Assembly: GCA_043228905.1 (NCBI GenBank)
Contig: JBHGNT010000001.1
Coordinates: forward strand, 14,198,001 to 14,262,000
DNA length: 64,000 nt
From: Azolla caroliniana
Lineage: Eukaryota; Plantae; Polypodiophyta
Reading direction: 5' to 3'
Shown: piece after piece, positions 35,701 through 48,815 of the stretch
How positions within the stretch are numbered: the stretch's first letter is position 1
Layout of the letters: each line of letters opens with the position of its first letter
Notes under the pieces: model-generated
The model's database searches: none
Told to the model about the DNA's origin: nothing
The model's input: the letters and a program-made list of their open reading frames with translations, nothing else
Position numbers and translations under genes: made by a program

Positions 35701-37948
35701 ATCCTTGAGATATGTGATGTAAAATATTGTTACGTATGTTGTAGAGTTCTTCTAATAGATGCATACCATCATCTATAATAGCCGAACGTGGTTGATCTTC
35801 ATAATCAACATAAACATCTGAACATTGACAAGAAACGAGCCATCCATACTTGAAAATTTTGTCAATATCAAATCTTGTGCGTCACTTGAATCATTGCATC
35901 ATCCTACCATCATATTCCAATCAAAAGTATGATATCTTATTCATTAGTTAACTTCTATATTTTGACATTCTATGGGCATGCATTACAAATCTAAAATTTA
36001 ATCATAGAAAATTCATGATTTGGTTCTCTAGATCTTACATCCCTCCCTATTCAACAAATTTCCTTTCTCTTTATTCATGGTATAGCCGCAAGGTTTGCAA
36101 GAACGAATTTGAGTACATTAATAAAGATGGATATTATCTATAAGAGTATTAAATATCTTCAAATGGAGGGGTATGAGACACACACACACATTGACATTCG
36201 CTACTTCAACTTGAAGTAGTACACACAATAATGATTTTTTTGTTTTGCTAGATTTACCTCTTAAGAACCGATCGGGAAGAAAGCAAACACATCTTTGTCC
36301 CATTGTCATATGGTGCATGTTTCTCTTAGAAACGATCAAGGATTCATTCTATTTCTTTTAATCTTTTAGTGTAATTCCATCGTATCCTATTAAACAAAGT
36401 TGTCGGCAACAGGTATGTTTGTATATATGTATGTGTGTACGACATATTGTAGGTGAATTCCTTGTCAATTCTATTGTGACATGGATGCTTCCAAAGTACT
36501 CCCATATTATGTAAAAAAGTGTACACCATGTTAAAAGATTTGGTGGACAACTTTTGAAGAGTTAGGTGATGTCCACCTAGATACATGAAGACTGGGCCCC
36601 AAGTCATGTAGATAACATCCATAAACTAATGGCTCATTTAAGGTTTCCGATGTCAATGTTTAAAGGAGTGCCTATGTCAATTACTCATAAAAAGTTCCTA
36701 AATAATGAATAAAGGGAAGATGAATTAAAATGTAACAACTTCCAAAACTTACGCTCCTTTTCTAGTGATGTAGTGATAGGAAGTTACAAGCAAAAGTATT
36801 TTGGAATTGCCATATGCATAACACGTCTTAATTGCAAGGAAATTCACATATACTTTTTGGTTTGCGTAATCATGCATATTTCAAAAACGTTTTATGAAAA
36901 AGAAAAGAACATAAACCAATCACACTATCTCCTATGTATTCTCTACATGTGAAAACATGAGTGTCATTCCATAAAGATGTACCATTTGCAATGAGCATTA
37001 TGGTAACGTTGCACATGTATCATAGTTGTAGAATACTTCGCATTCAATACACTTCGAATACAATGCGACATATTCTAAAGGTATTCTACCTTGTTTTAAG
37101 TACTTGAAATATGATTTCTAAAGACAAAATATGTTCAATAAGCATTTAATACGTTAAACACTTCTTATGGTTGTAAATTGTAATGCATCTAGTAATTGTT
37201 TTTTGCTTAGATTTTAAAATTTTAAAATTTTAAAGCTTCCAAAAACATTTAATGTTTTTGGAAATGTTAAATACTTGTTAAGTACATAGCATACAGGAAA
37301 TGTTTTAGAATGATGTTTCTAAAATGTAGAACACATGTGAATACTTCAAACTTCAAAGCATTCTAAAATGTTTTCGAAACGTAAATTTTGGATTTTTTTA
37401 CAACTATGACATGATTGATTGACTCGTTTTTATCCATAACAATTTGACCATGTATGTACATATTCTCCTCCATCCTTGAGATATGTGATGTAAAATATTG
37501 TTACGTATGTTGTAGAGTTCTTCTAATAGATGCATACCATCATCTATAATGGCCGAACGTGGTTGATCTTCATAATCAACATAAACATCCGAACATTGAG
37601 AAGAAATGAGCCATCCATACTTGAAATTTTGGTCAATATAAAATCTTGTGCGTCACTTGAATCATTGCATCATCCTACCATTATATTCCAATAAAAAATA
37701 TGATATCTTATTCATTAGTTAACTTCTATATTTTGACATTCTATGGGCATGCATTACAAATCTAAAATTTAATCATAAAAAATTCATGATTTGGTTCTCT
37801 AGATCTTACATCCCTCCCTATTCAACAAATTTCCTTTCTCTTTATTCATGGTATAGCCGCAAGGTTTGCAAGAACGAATTTGAGTACATTAATAAAGATG
37901 GATATTATCTATAAGAGTATTAAATATCTTCAAATGGAGGGGTATGAG

Positions 37949-37980
<32 letters not shown>

Positions 37981-38043
37981 ATTCGCTACTTCAACTTGAA
38001 GTAGTAGACACAATAATGATTTTTTTGTTTTGCTAGATTTACC
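32715..38043. repeat. 3 x ~1770-bp AT-rich tandem duplication
   Basis: GAAAGCAAACAC...TTTGTCCCATTGTCATATGG starts at ~32728, 34509 and 36279; identical ORF translations at 34574-34852 and 36344-36622 (offset 1770). Confidence 0.97.
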
Positions 38044-38165
38044 ATCCACAAAGTAATCATTTATTCAGTTTCCTCCTCCATTAAACTATACAATATGGAA
38101 GAAAGAGTAAATGTAAGGCATGAGTTGTGTTTCATGAATCTCTATACATTCATGGAGTAAATGTA

Positions 38166-40507
38166 AGCCAAGTGAACCGACACAGTCAGTTGTTCGGAGA
38201 TAGCCAGGCGGCACAGCCAAATCCGAGTCGGTTGGTTCAGAAAGACCGACCGACTATGAGTCTAAGTCGACAGAGCTGTTAAGATGGATCGATGAATACG
38301 AGTTGGAGTCGTCCAATGTTGAGAAGTTGATCAACATACATGAACCTAAGCAAAGAGTAGAGTCGATAGAAACATCCGAACTAAAGCCAACAATGAGTGG
38401 AAGGAGATACCCACTCAGAGAAAGTAGAGCACCGTCAACATATGTCAATCAATACATCCTCGTGACTGGTGAAGGTGAGCAAGAGTGTTATGATGAAGCC
38501 ATCGTCGACAAGCACAGAGAGAAATGGTTGAGCGCGATGCAAGATGAGATGGATTCTTTGCACGAGAATTATACCTATGACCTAGTAGAGCTGCCGAAAG
38601 GTAAGAGAGAACTTAGGAACAAATGGGTCTACAAGGTGAAGACCGGAGAAGTCGACAACGCGCGTAGGTATAAAGCCCACATTTTGGTGAAGGGATTCCA
38701 ACAAAAAAAGGGCGTCGACTTGCACGAAATATTTTCTCTAGTCGTGAAGGTGACATACATTAGAACTGTTCTGAGCATAGCTCCCAGTATGGATCTAGAG
38801 ATCGAACAGTTGGATGTCAAGACAACATTCTTGCATGGGGAGCTCGATGAAAAGATTTAAATGCAGCAACCCGAAGGGTTTGAGGAGAAAGGGAAAGAGA
38901 ACTCTGTGTGCCGATTGAAGAAAAGCTTGTATGGGCTGAAATAAGCTCCACGCCAACGGTACAAAAAGTTCGAGTCCTTCATGGTGGAACATAGGTTCCA
39001 GAAAACACAGGTTGATCACTGTGTGTTCGTCAAAAGGTACAACGAAGGCGACTTCTTGATTCTCTTGTTATATGTAGATGACTTGTTGATAGTCGAACAA
39101 GATAGAAGGAAGATCAAAAGCTTGAAGAAAGCTCTAGGCATATCATTTGCCATGAAAGTAAACGCAAGCTAAATGCAAAGCAATGCACGAGAGGGGAGAA
39201 AGAAAAGCCCAAGATGACGAAAGTACCATATGTCTCAGCCATCGACAACTTAATGTATGCTATGGTCTGCACGAGACCAGACATAGCATTTGTTGTGGGA
39301 ACAGTAAGCTAATACATGAGTAATCTAGGACGAGAACACTTGACAACAGTGAAATTGATACTCAAGTATTTAAGAGGCTCCTCGGGTGTGTGTCTTAAGT
39401 ATGGTGTCGGAAAACCCATGCTCGAAGGGTTTACCGACTCAGACATGTTGAGGGATGTAGACTCAAGCCGATCCGCGTTAGGGTACGTAATGACCTATGC
39501 AGGGGGAGCAATGTCGTGGCAGTCACGACTGCAGAAGTCTGTGTTCTTGTCAACCATAGAGGCAGAGTACATGGCAATGGTAGAGGCCGACAAGGAGCTG
39601 ATTTGGATGAGAAACTTTCTCACCGAGTTGGGGATGAAGCAAAAGGGGGATTTTTGCTTCACTGTGACAACCAAAGTGTCATACATCTAGCCAAGAATGT
39701 TGCATACCACTCCCGGACCAAGCACATATAGAGAAGGTATCACTGGCTACGGGAGAAATTCGAAGAAGGAGAGTTTACCCTGGTGAAGATCCATAGTAAC
39801 GACAATGGATCGGACATGCTGACAAAGAACCTACCGATGCACCAACTTAGGGTCTGTCGACAGAGGACAAGAATAACGGATTCCTCCACATAGGAGTGAA
39901 GACAGGGAGCAACCGATTGATCGGATGAATGCCGACAACTGAGGAGTCAACTTAGAGAGAGTTGATCGAGGTCGAAGACACGAACGACTAGTCGGGCTGG
40001 CTAGATGGTCGATGATTAGGCCAACAGGTCGGACAGATCCGACAATCGACGAATGAGTCGACTGATTAGTAAGACTATTATTATTATTATTATTGGATAA
40101 TAATAATGGCCATGATTGTAAATCACCCATTTTGTGTATTAGTATAAATACAACTAGGGCAAATAGAACACATATGTATGTGTGTGTGTGTGTGTGCGAG
40201 TCTGTGTGGTGTAGTGTGAGAGAGAAGAGAAGACAGTGTGGTAGTGTGAGTGAGTGTATGGCGCCATACCTGTGTTTTAGAAATAGCATACGCCAAGAGC
40301 CTTGCGTGGCTGTTTACACTCAGTGTAGAGAGTGTTGTACTCTGATCTCGTTATTGTATATCCATTGTATAATGAAGCTCTGTTCTCCATGGTTTTTACC
40401 CGCTTTAGGGTTTCCATGTTAAATATGTGTACATTGATTTTTGTGCTTCAGAGTTGTGTATTTCAGCATATTCCTTTTCTAGTGGATTGATGATTCGTTT
40501 CTTAACA
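38166..40507 (+). mobile_element. 5'-truncated Ty1/copia fragment of the A family (INT linker-RT-RNaseH-3' LTR)
   Basis: 38303-38860 (KWLSAMQDEMDSL, NKWVYKVK, QLDVKTTFLHG), LLLYVDDLL, GFTDSD, RTKHI. LTR homologous to 30330-30944, ending TTCTTAACA; its PPT and LTR start are deleted. Confidence 0.9.
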
Positions 40508-40854
40508 TGATAAAGCAATAAACTTTTCTTATACATTCTGGGAATGATACAAAAACCAAGAACAAATAATACCTTGCCTTAAAAAGAAACTACAATTTGT
40601 GGAGGGAATGGTAAGGTGAAGACAAGCATATGACCTTACCATTCCTACTCCCTTACCAAAAGTAGAGTTGGAGGATAGAGTACATTCACTATTCATGCCA
40701 CATGTATCACTTGCGGGTTAGCAATTGTGGACACTTGTACAGCTCCAAGCATGCCAACATACATATCATTCAACATGTTTTGCATTCGCCTATTGCATTG
40801 CTACAATGTGTTTGGGGGATTACAACATAAATCTCCTTGAAGAGTGGATGAAAC

Positions 40855-41791
40855 TATTGGGAAACAGGTCCCTCCGGATAGGAAGAGGACAAGTCAGATC
40901 AGACTAGCCTAGAGGAAAGAATCAGTTGAAGATCGAGGGACGGATTGGATGGATTTGAAGCCGGATTGGATCCGAAAGACACCCGGCCGGCCCTAGAGAT
41001 GAATCCGGGAAAGGACATGTAAATATGTTCTGATACGCATATTGAGGCTATATTTGTAAATAGGCCTAAAGTTATATTAGTATAAAATAACTACGGTAAA
41101 AACATTACATACATTTTAGAGGTTGTAACGAACAGAGCGTGAGAGTGTGAGAAGAGAGACAAGGAGGAAAGTGGTTTATCTGTAGTAACCGTTAGTGGAC
41201 GAAGAAGAGCTCAAGGTTGTTGCTTTTAGAGTCTCTTGTTGTATTCCTTCTCCCCATTAGTGATTCTGTTTGGAGTATGAGGGCTCCCGTGGTTCTTCCC
41301 ATTTGTGTGTTTCCACGTTAACATCTTGTGTCACTTTGTCTCCGTGAGTGTGAACAATATTCTGTTTTTCATCTTGTGCTTGAATCTCGGTTGTTGCTGA
41401 GACCCATTTTTCTATCAAACTAGTATAAGAGCAAAGGTCCATAACCATAAAGTGAAAGAAAATGGAAGACTTGTTCGGTGGGATGTTCAAACTAACCGGC
41501 TCCAACTATTCGGTGTGGAAGTCGAAGATGAGGGACATGTTGGTCTGCAGAGATCTCTGGCTGCCAATGCAATTTGGAGACAAAAGGCCAGAAAAGATTG
41601 ATGCATCAACTTGGGAGGTTATGCATATGAAGAAGGCGGCATACATTAGGTGTTTTATAGACATGAGTCTATACAAAAACTTTAATGAAGAGACCAAGGT
41701 AGTCGTCCTGTGGAAGAAGATCGACTACCATCAACAGAGTCTTCGTGTTTTAGAAGATTGTGAGGCTTTGGTATCAAGATGGCTCCAACAG
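40855..41791 (+). mobile_element. 5' part of Ty1/copia element I (LTR, PBS, gag start; J-like)
   Basis: LTR ~40855-41417, PBS TAGTATAAGAGC 41421-41432, gag 41462- (MEDLFGGMFKLTGSNYSVWKSKMRDML) closely similar to J gag; interrupted by element E. Confidence 0.85.
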
Positions 41792-44726
41792 TGTTGAGTG
41801 AGCAAGCTCAACATGGGCCTGATCGGTGAGGCAAATCCGCATGGACTTAGTAGGCCGTTAGAGGCCTACAATCCTAGATTATTAGGAAGTTATATTCCTA
41901 CGAGTTAGTGTTAGTAGCTTAGTTATGAGTATTGAAGTACCTGTTAGTACTTTAGTCAGGCCTTTATGGACTTGTATAGAAAATGCTCTCTGAGCATTTG
42001 ACTGTACATAGTGTTAATTTGAAATTGAGTTATCTGTGTTCTACTCTCTCCTTGTCTCTCCCGAGTTCTCCATTGATTCTCTCTGTGTTCTTTGTTGCTA
42101 TCCGGCTGAGCTGGGTGTGTCTGTTCTAGATTCCACACGGTAATCTTTAGATGGTATCAGAGCGCAAGGGTTGAGAAGCCTTTGCTGCCGACAAGAGTTG
42201 TAACATAGACAAACCATAGACCCCGGTAAGAACAGACAAGAAGAAGAAAATGGATAGAAGCATGGCAAGCTCACTTCCAACCAAAAAGCTCGATCAGAGA
42301 AACTATGCATCTTGGTCCTACAAGATGCACCAGTACCTGCTTGGGCAATATTACTAGAGCTATGTGGAAGGAGTAAACGAAGTAGCACCAGATTTGGTAC
42401 ACAAGGATTTTCCGGTGTGGGAGCAAGCAACAAGCAGAGTCTTGCATTGCCTTGTATCTTGTGTGCATGACAAGATGTTGGGCTACATTCGGATGCGAAG
42501 ATGCCGAAAGAGGCTTGGGAAAATCTGAAGAATATTTTCACCACAAAGATCACGGCCCGGAAGTTGCACCTCTCGCAAGATCTCAACAATATCCAACATA
42601 GGGATATGATGGTGACTGACTACACCACCAAAATCAAGGAGATCAGTGATGCCCTGGGTCGATCAATGTGATGGTGGACGAAGATGAGATGGTACAGATC
42701 TACGTTGGTGGTTTAGCACAAAGGTACAGACAGATTTAGACGGTTATTTGCACAAGGGAGAAGTATTGTCATTCTTCAATCTGTAATCGATGCTCATGGT
42801 TGAGGAAAACCACACAAGTGCATCGAAGAGCATGCAATATGACATCTGAATGCTATACATGGAGGTAGATCAGCCCCGTGGTCATCACGGACGAGGTGGC
42901 TTCCGACAAGACATAATCGAAGGCATAATCGACATGTTGACAGTAGTTCCGGACCCTCCACGAGCAGGGGGAGTCAAGGCGTCGACAACCGACAAGGGAA
43001 AGCCGAGATGGATTATTGGTATTGTGGTAAAAACCGCCACAAGGAGAGCGAGTGTTGGAAAAGAAGGCCGATACGGATAAATGAGAAGGACCCAAAACCG
43101 GAAAGGGCCCAACCTTTGTGATGAAACACAAGGCAAATTCGATGAAGATGGGGACCTCAAAACTTAATGAGGTGTGGTATGTCGACTCCAGAGCGTCGAA
43201 TCATATGACCAGTCACGAAGACTAGTTCTCCTATTTGGAGAAACCGGAACAACTGGAACAACCAAGAACTGTTGTCGAAACCGGTGATGACACTTCACAT
43301 CCGATCGAACATGTCGGTGATGTTCCCTTGAGGCATATCAGACCCTAAACTGAATGAGGTGTGGTATGTCGACTCCGGAGCGTCAAATCATATGACCAGT
43401 CACGAAGAGTGGTTCTCATATTTGGAGAAACCGGAACAACCGGAACAACCAGGAACTGTTGTCGAAACTGGTGATGACACTTCACATCCGATCGAACATG
43501 TCGGTGATGTTCCCTTGAGGCATGTCGGACAAAAGGGGAGACTGATGAATGTATTGCATGTCCCAACAATCACGAAGAACTTGGTGTCGGTCGGACAGAT
43601 CGTCGACCAAGGGATGCAGGTTTAGTTCACCCATCTCGGGTGCTTCATCGAAGAGGAAGGCCAAATCATTGCGCACGGGCATCAAGAAGGGAGGAAGTTC
43701 ATCCTCAACACAAATGATGTCCGCATCGCCTTGTTTGTCAAAGGAAAAAAAGTCGAGTCTAAAGTCAACTACCAAAGGCTTCAAGAATTGCAAACGAAAC
43801 AAGTTGTGTTCAGTTTGCCGAAATTTAGTGGTCGGAAGGCCCAAATTTGTGAAGCCTACCAACTAGGGAAGCAAGACCGACTCCCACCAACGAGTAGAAT
43901 CGGAGCCGCAATAAGCTCGACTTGATACATTCAGATATATGTGTGAGTCGATACTTCATCTCCTTCATCGACGACTATAGATGGCACACTTGGATCTACC
44001 TTATCGAAAAGAAGAGTGAAGTCTTCGACTCTTTTCGGAACCTAAAAAGCTTAGTGGAAAGGGAAACAGGGAAGATCAAGTGCATGTAGTTAGATGGCGG
44101 ATTTGGTATTCGGTAGTATTACCTATGTGCATGTGCCAGATGAGAAGAGGAAGAAGCTAGAAGGGAAGTTAGAAAAGTGCATATTGGTCGGCTACTCACA
44201 GGAATAGAAGGGGTATAAGTGTTATAACCCCCAGACCAAACAAGTTTCAGTAAGCTGAGACGTTGTGTTTGATGAGTCGGCATCCTAATATTCTTTTCCG
44301 ACTCCGACCCTCGACAACTCCGACCACCCTATTACTGCGGATGAGGCCAGTGAGCCTGAGATGATTTAGGATGAAGAAGAAGAAGATATCGGCACTCACG
44401 AGGGGAGTCCGATTTCATTCCGGCTGAGTGGCCCGAATGAAGAGTTGGGTTGGGATGACCAATAGAATGAAGAGCCGCGAGCAGTGATGACTTGGCTGCC
44501 CAAGGAACCGAGGAGACGGTATACATGAAAAGAGAAGGGGAAGATGAAGATGCCGGAGTACGACATGGAGAATCAACACCAACCGGAACGAAGATGGACC
44601 TCAAGAGTTGAGGTGAGATGCGACCAAGAGGGCCATTAAATCGGCGAATGAGAAGCTACGCCAATTGAATCGACACAAGAAGCCAATGATCAGGTATGGC
44701 TATAACGAGTACATGGTGTTCCATTA
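41792..44726 (+). mobile_element. Ty1/copia element E (5' LTR, gag, duplicated protease, partial INT), 3' part interrupted
   Basis: LTR TGTTGAG... 41792-42151; PBS TGGTATCAGAGC 42152-42163; gag similar to B/C/D; CWYCGKNRHKESEC knuckle; WYVDSGASNHMT present twice; ends at YNEYMVFHY. Confidence 0.88.
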
Positions 44727-45791
44727 TGTTAGGAATCGACCAACCACAACTGGTTTCACGTTTGTATTTGGGTGCAGAAAACAAGAGAGCTAGTACACAG
44801 ACTGAAAAACGTGAAGACGAAAACAAGTACAGAAAGACACCAGATGTTTAACGTGGAAACTTGAACTGGGAAAACCATGTGGAGTCCACAAACTCCAAAA
44901 CAGATCACTATGGTAGGGAAGAAGTACAATGAGGAACTCGGAGGCAATGACCCCAAGTTCTCCTTTGTTTGACAGACGGCTATAGAATTGCACTCTCACA
45001 CTCTCACTCTTTCTCACACAGTCACAAAGGTAACTACCTCCACTAACTCTATGACAACTAATGATCAACACACATCTATAAAGTTTTCCCTAGTTATTTT
45101 TTGTTGAGATATCAAGCTCAACTAGTTTAATCTAGTTAGTCAACACATGTAACTTAGTAGTTACCTAGATCGAGTCTAGTTAATGTGTTGACCTTAAGCC
45201 TTTAAATAGGACCTTGTACTTAAGTGGGATACTCTAGATCCTCCACTCCTTAGTACATTTAATGTAGGACTTACACATAAGTACCTATGTTCTACCCACA
45301 CATGTGCACCTTTGCACATGGGTTGTATATATACCTCATTGTGGGTATTTTTGTATGTTGATGACACTTTTCAATATAGTCAATCATCCCCCATTTATCT
45401 TTGTGTTCAAGTGTAATTTCCTCTCTCTCTCTCTTCCTCTCACACACTCTCACGCGCATATCATACTAATCTTCCGCTGGTTAACGTAACCATATAATTA
45501 GTCTCTAATTAACCCTAGTTAATTACCTAATTACTTAACATGGTATCAAAGCGCGTGGTTTAGGAAATCCACTAAGCCCACCGCTTATTCGTGATTGTGT
45601 GTTCGAGACGCCGACGACAAATCCTGACTATTCGCTATCCGTTACCGTAGTGCCGCTACGGAGGACGTGTACGTGACCAAGAGAAGAAAAACAAAACGGA
45701 AGACACAACAATCAACATGAACAAAAAAATGGGAAGCTCTCTCCCTAGCGAAAAGCTAGACTGAAGCAACTATTCATCTTGGGAGTACAAG

Positions 45792-47012
45792 ATGAATCAA
45801 TACCTTGTCGGCCAAGGGTATTGGAGCTACATCAACGGCGCACAAGAAAACAAACCCGACACCACACACGCCAACTACCCAACGTGGGAGCAAGGCGTGA
45901 GTCGGGTAATGTATTGCTTGGCAACATGTGTAAACGACCACATGCTTAGCCACATTCGTGACACCAAGACGCCCAAAGAGGCGTGGGAAAATCACAAGAA
46001 GATTTTCGCCGCGGACACATCCGCGCGCAAGCTTCAACTCCGGCAAGAGTTGAACAACATACGACAAAAAGAAATGTCCGTGATGGACTACACCGCCATG
46101 ATCAAGAGAATTTGCGACTCTCTTGGCTCCATCAACGTCAACATCGACGAGGACGAGATAGTGCAAGTATGCTTGGGCGGCCTCGCACAACGATTCAACC
46201 CGTTGAGAACGGCAATCTTGGCGAGAGATACCCCTCCCTCGTTCTTCAACCTCCAATCAATGCTATTGGTCGAAGAAAACCACGTTCAACCAAAGACCAA
46301 CACATCGGAAGGACAAATGCTCTTCTCCGATACGGATGGTGCCCATAGACGAGGTCGACGCGGAAGAGGTCAATTCGACCTATCCCACGAAGGGAATTCA
46401 CAATTTCGGCAAGGAAACGGAAGCCATCGAGGAACCTTCACAAGAAGGGGGAGCTTCCACGCCGAACAAGGCCGGCAAACGACGCCACCTATGTGCAACT
46501 ATTGCGGCAAAATCGACCATCGCGAAGAGGAGTGCCGAAAAAGACGAAGCGAGTCGGCCTCAACAAGCCGGCAACTCACAAATTATGCCGCGAACGCGGA
46601 ATACGCGGACTACGGCGGATTCTTTGTGATGAGGCATAGAGCGAACTCTATGATGGCCTCCGATCCCGCAAACTCCGCAAGCACCTCCAACTCCGAACAT
46701 GCGTGGTTCGTAGACTCCGGTGCCTCGCACCACATGACGTCGTACCAAGAGTGGTTTCGCGACTTGCGAACTCCGGATCGACCCAGCTACATAGAGATCG
46801 GAGATGACACTCCGCATCCCATTCGACACATCGGCGATGTCCCATTCGGGAAAGAAGGCTGGCAAACTTGCATCAAGAATGTCTTGCACGTGCCCACAAT
46901 AACAAAGAATTCGGTCTCGGTCGGCCAAATCGTGGAGCAAGGCATGCAAGTCCGCTTCAACAATGAAGGTTGCTTCATCGAGAAAGATAGCCGACTCATA
47001 GCCAAGGGATAG
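45792..47012 (+). pseudogene. Copia C gag-protease ORF (406 aa)
   Basis: gag (KTPKEAWENHKKIF, RKLQLRQEL), CNYCGKIDHREEEC knuckle, WFVDSGASHHMT protease. The upstream ATG at ~45729 is cut off by an in-frame TGA; downstream pol has stops and frameshifts. Confidence 0.9.
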
Positions 47013-48446
47013 AGAGACGGTCGCTTGTTCATCCTCGACTCAAACGAGGTAAAATCGGCCATGTACGCCAAAAGTCTCAAGACCGAGACAATCATCGAGT
47101 TGTGGCACAAGCGAATCAGCCACGTAAACCTCCAACGGCTTCGCGGAATGCAATCAAAGGGAGTCGTAATCGGACTTCCGGCCTTCGAATCGAAATGAGT
47201 CGACCGAGTGTGCGAAGCATGCCAACTCGGCAAACAACATCGACTCCCATTCCCGAAGGAGAGCTCCGCAAGCAAAGGCCTCCTTGACATAATCCACTTG
47301 GATGTATGGGGACCGGCTCAAACACCGACGCTCGGCGGATGCCGCTACTACGTCACCTTCATCGACGACCACTCACACTACGCGTGGATATACCCGATGA
47401 AGAAGAAGAGCGAAGTGCTCTCCCACTTTCAAATGCTCAAAAGCCAAGTGGAGAAAGAAACCAGTCGGCACATTCGATGCCTACGAACGGACGGAGGAAA
47501 GGAGTACTTCTCCGACGAGTTCACCTCCTACCTCCAAGGTGAAGGCATTCGTAGAGAATTCTCATGCTGACACACTTCCCAACAAAACGGAGTAGCCGAG
47601 AGAAAGAATCGGCAAATACTCAAGGTAGCACGCGCCATGATGCATGAGAAGCACATGCCAAACTTCTATTGGGCGGAAGCGGCATCCACGGACATCTATC
47701 TCATGAATTGATGCACCACAAATAGCGTGCATGAGCTTACTCCATACGAGATATTCGTTGGAAGAAAGCCCATCCTCTCGCACCTCAAGGTGTTTGGAAG
47801 CATTGCGAATGTACGCCTCCCGAACGAAAGTCGAGAGAAGCCTGACGTGAAGTCGGAAGAATGTATCCTCATAGGATACTTGTCCGCGAAAAAGGCGTAC
47901 AAGTGCTTCAACCCTTCGACCCGAGCGGTGCGGATAAGTCACGATGTCGTTTTGATGAATCGGCATCTTGGTATAAGCCCGATGCGACTCCATCCGACCC
48001 GATCGAGGAAGAGTTGAACGCCAACTCGGACGACGAAACTCGGCCAAGTCCTCCACCGAAGGACAATCCAAGCTCTACCGAGCTAATTGGCCCACAAGAG
48101 CCTCCACGCGATGAAAACACGTCGCGGCCAAGTCCGACATCTGACAAAGGCAAAGGTAAGATGCCCGAATACGAAGTCGAGGTTCACCCCGCGATCGTGA
48201 TTCGGATGATTCGGCTCGCTCACTAGACAGTGAGTTCGGTGTACCTATCATGAGGACACCCGGACCGGAGTAAAGAAGGCGCTCACATCGACAAACGAGA
48301 AACTCTGCCGCTCATCACGAGCGAAGACCCAAGTCACTCGTTACGCCTACAACGAGTATATGGCCCATCACTATGCCCTCGCGATGAAGGTAGTGACCGA
48401 ACAAGAGACCGAGGATCCAAGCCTTCGTCACAGGCTTGAGGGGGAG

Positions 48447-48815
48447 AACAAAGCCGCGCAACGCTGCGCAACAAAGCCGCGGAGAGCCACGCAACGAAGC
48501 CGCGAAGACGCGAAGAAAGCCGCGCAACGATGCCGCGAAGACGCGAAGAGAGCCGCGCAACGAAGTTGCGAAGACACGAAAAAGGCCGCGCAACGTCGCG
48601 AAAAACAAAGCCGCGGAGAACCACGCAATGATGCCGCGAAGACGCGAAGAGAGCCGCGCAACGAAGCAACGAAGACGCGAAGAAGGCCGCGCAACGCCGC
48701 GAAAAACAAAGCCGCGGAGAACCGCACAACGAAGCCGCGTAGACGCGAAGAAAGCCACACAACACCGCGAAGAAAGCCGCAAGCCGCACCGATGCCGACG
48801 AAGCCGAAGGAAGCT
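48447..48815 (+). repeat. T-poor, CpG-rich minisatellite (~33-bp unit GCCGCGAAGACGCGAAGAGAGCCGCGCAACGAA)
   Basis: About 10 imperfect units between two GCTTGAGGGGG motifs (48435 and 48845). Confidence 0.9.

Noticed and set aside
34574-36622. Two identical 92-aa ORFs
   Set aside because: Identity reflects the 1770-bp duplication; the more diverged first copy has an in-frame stop, and no domain is recognisable.
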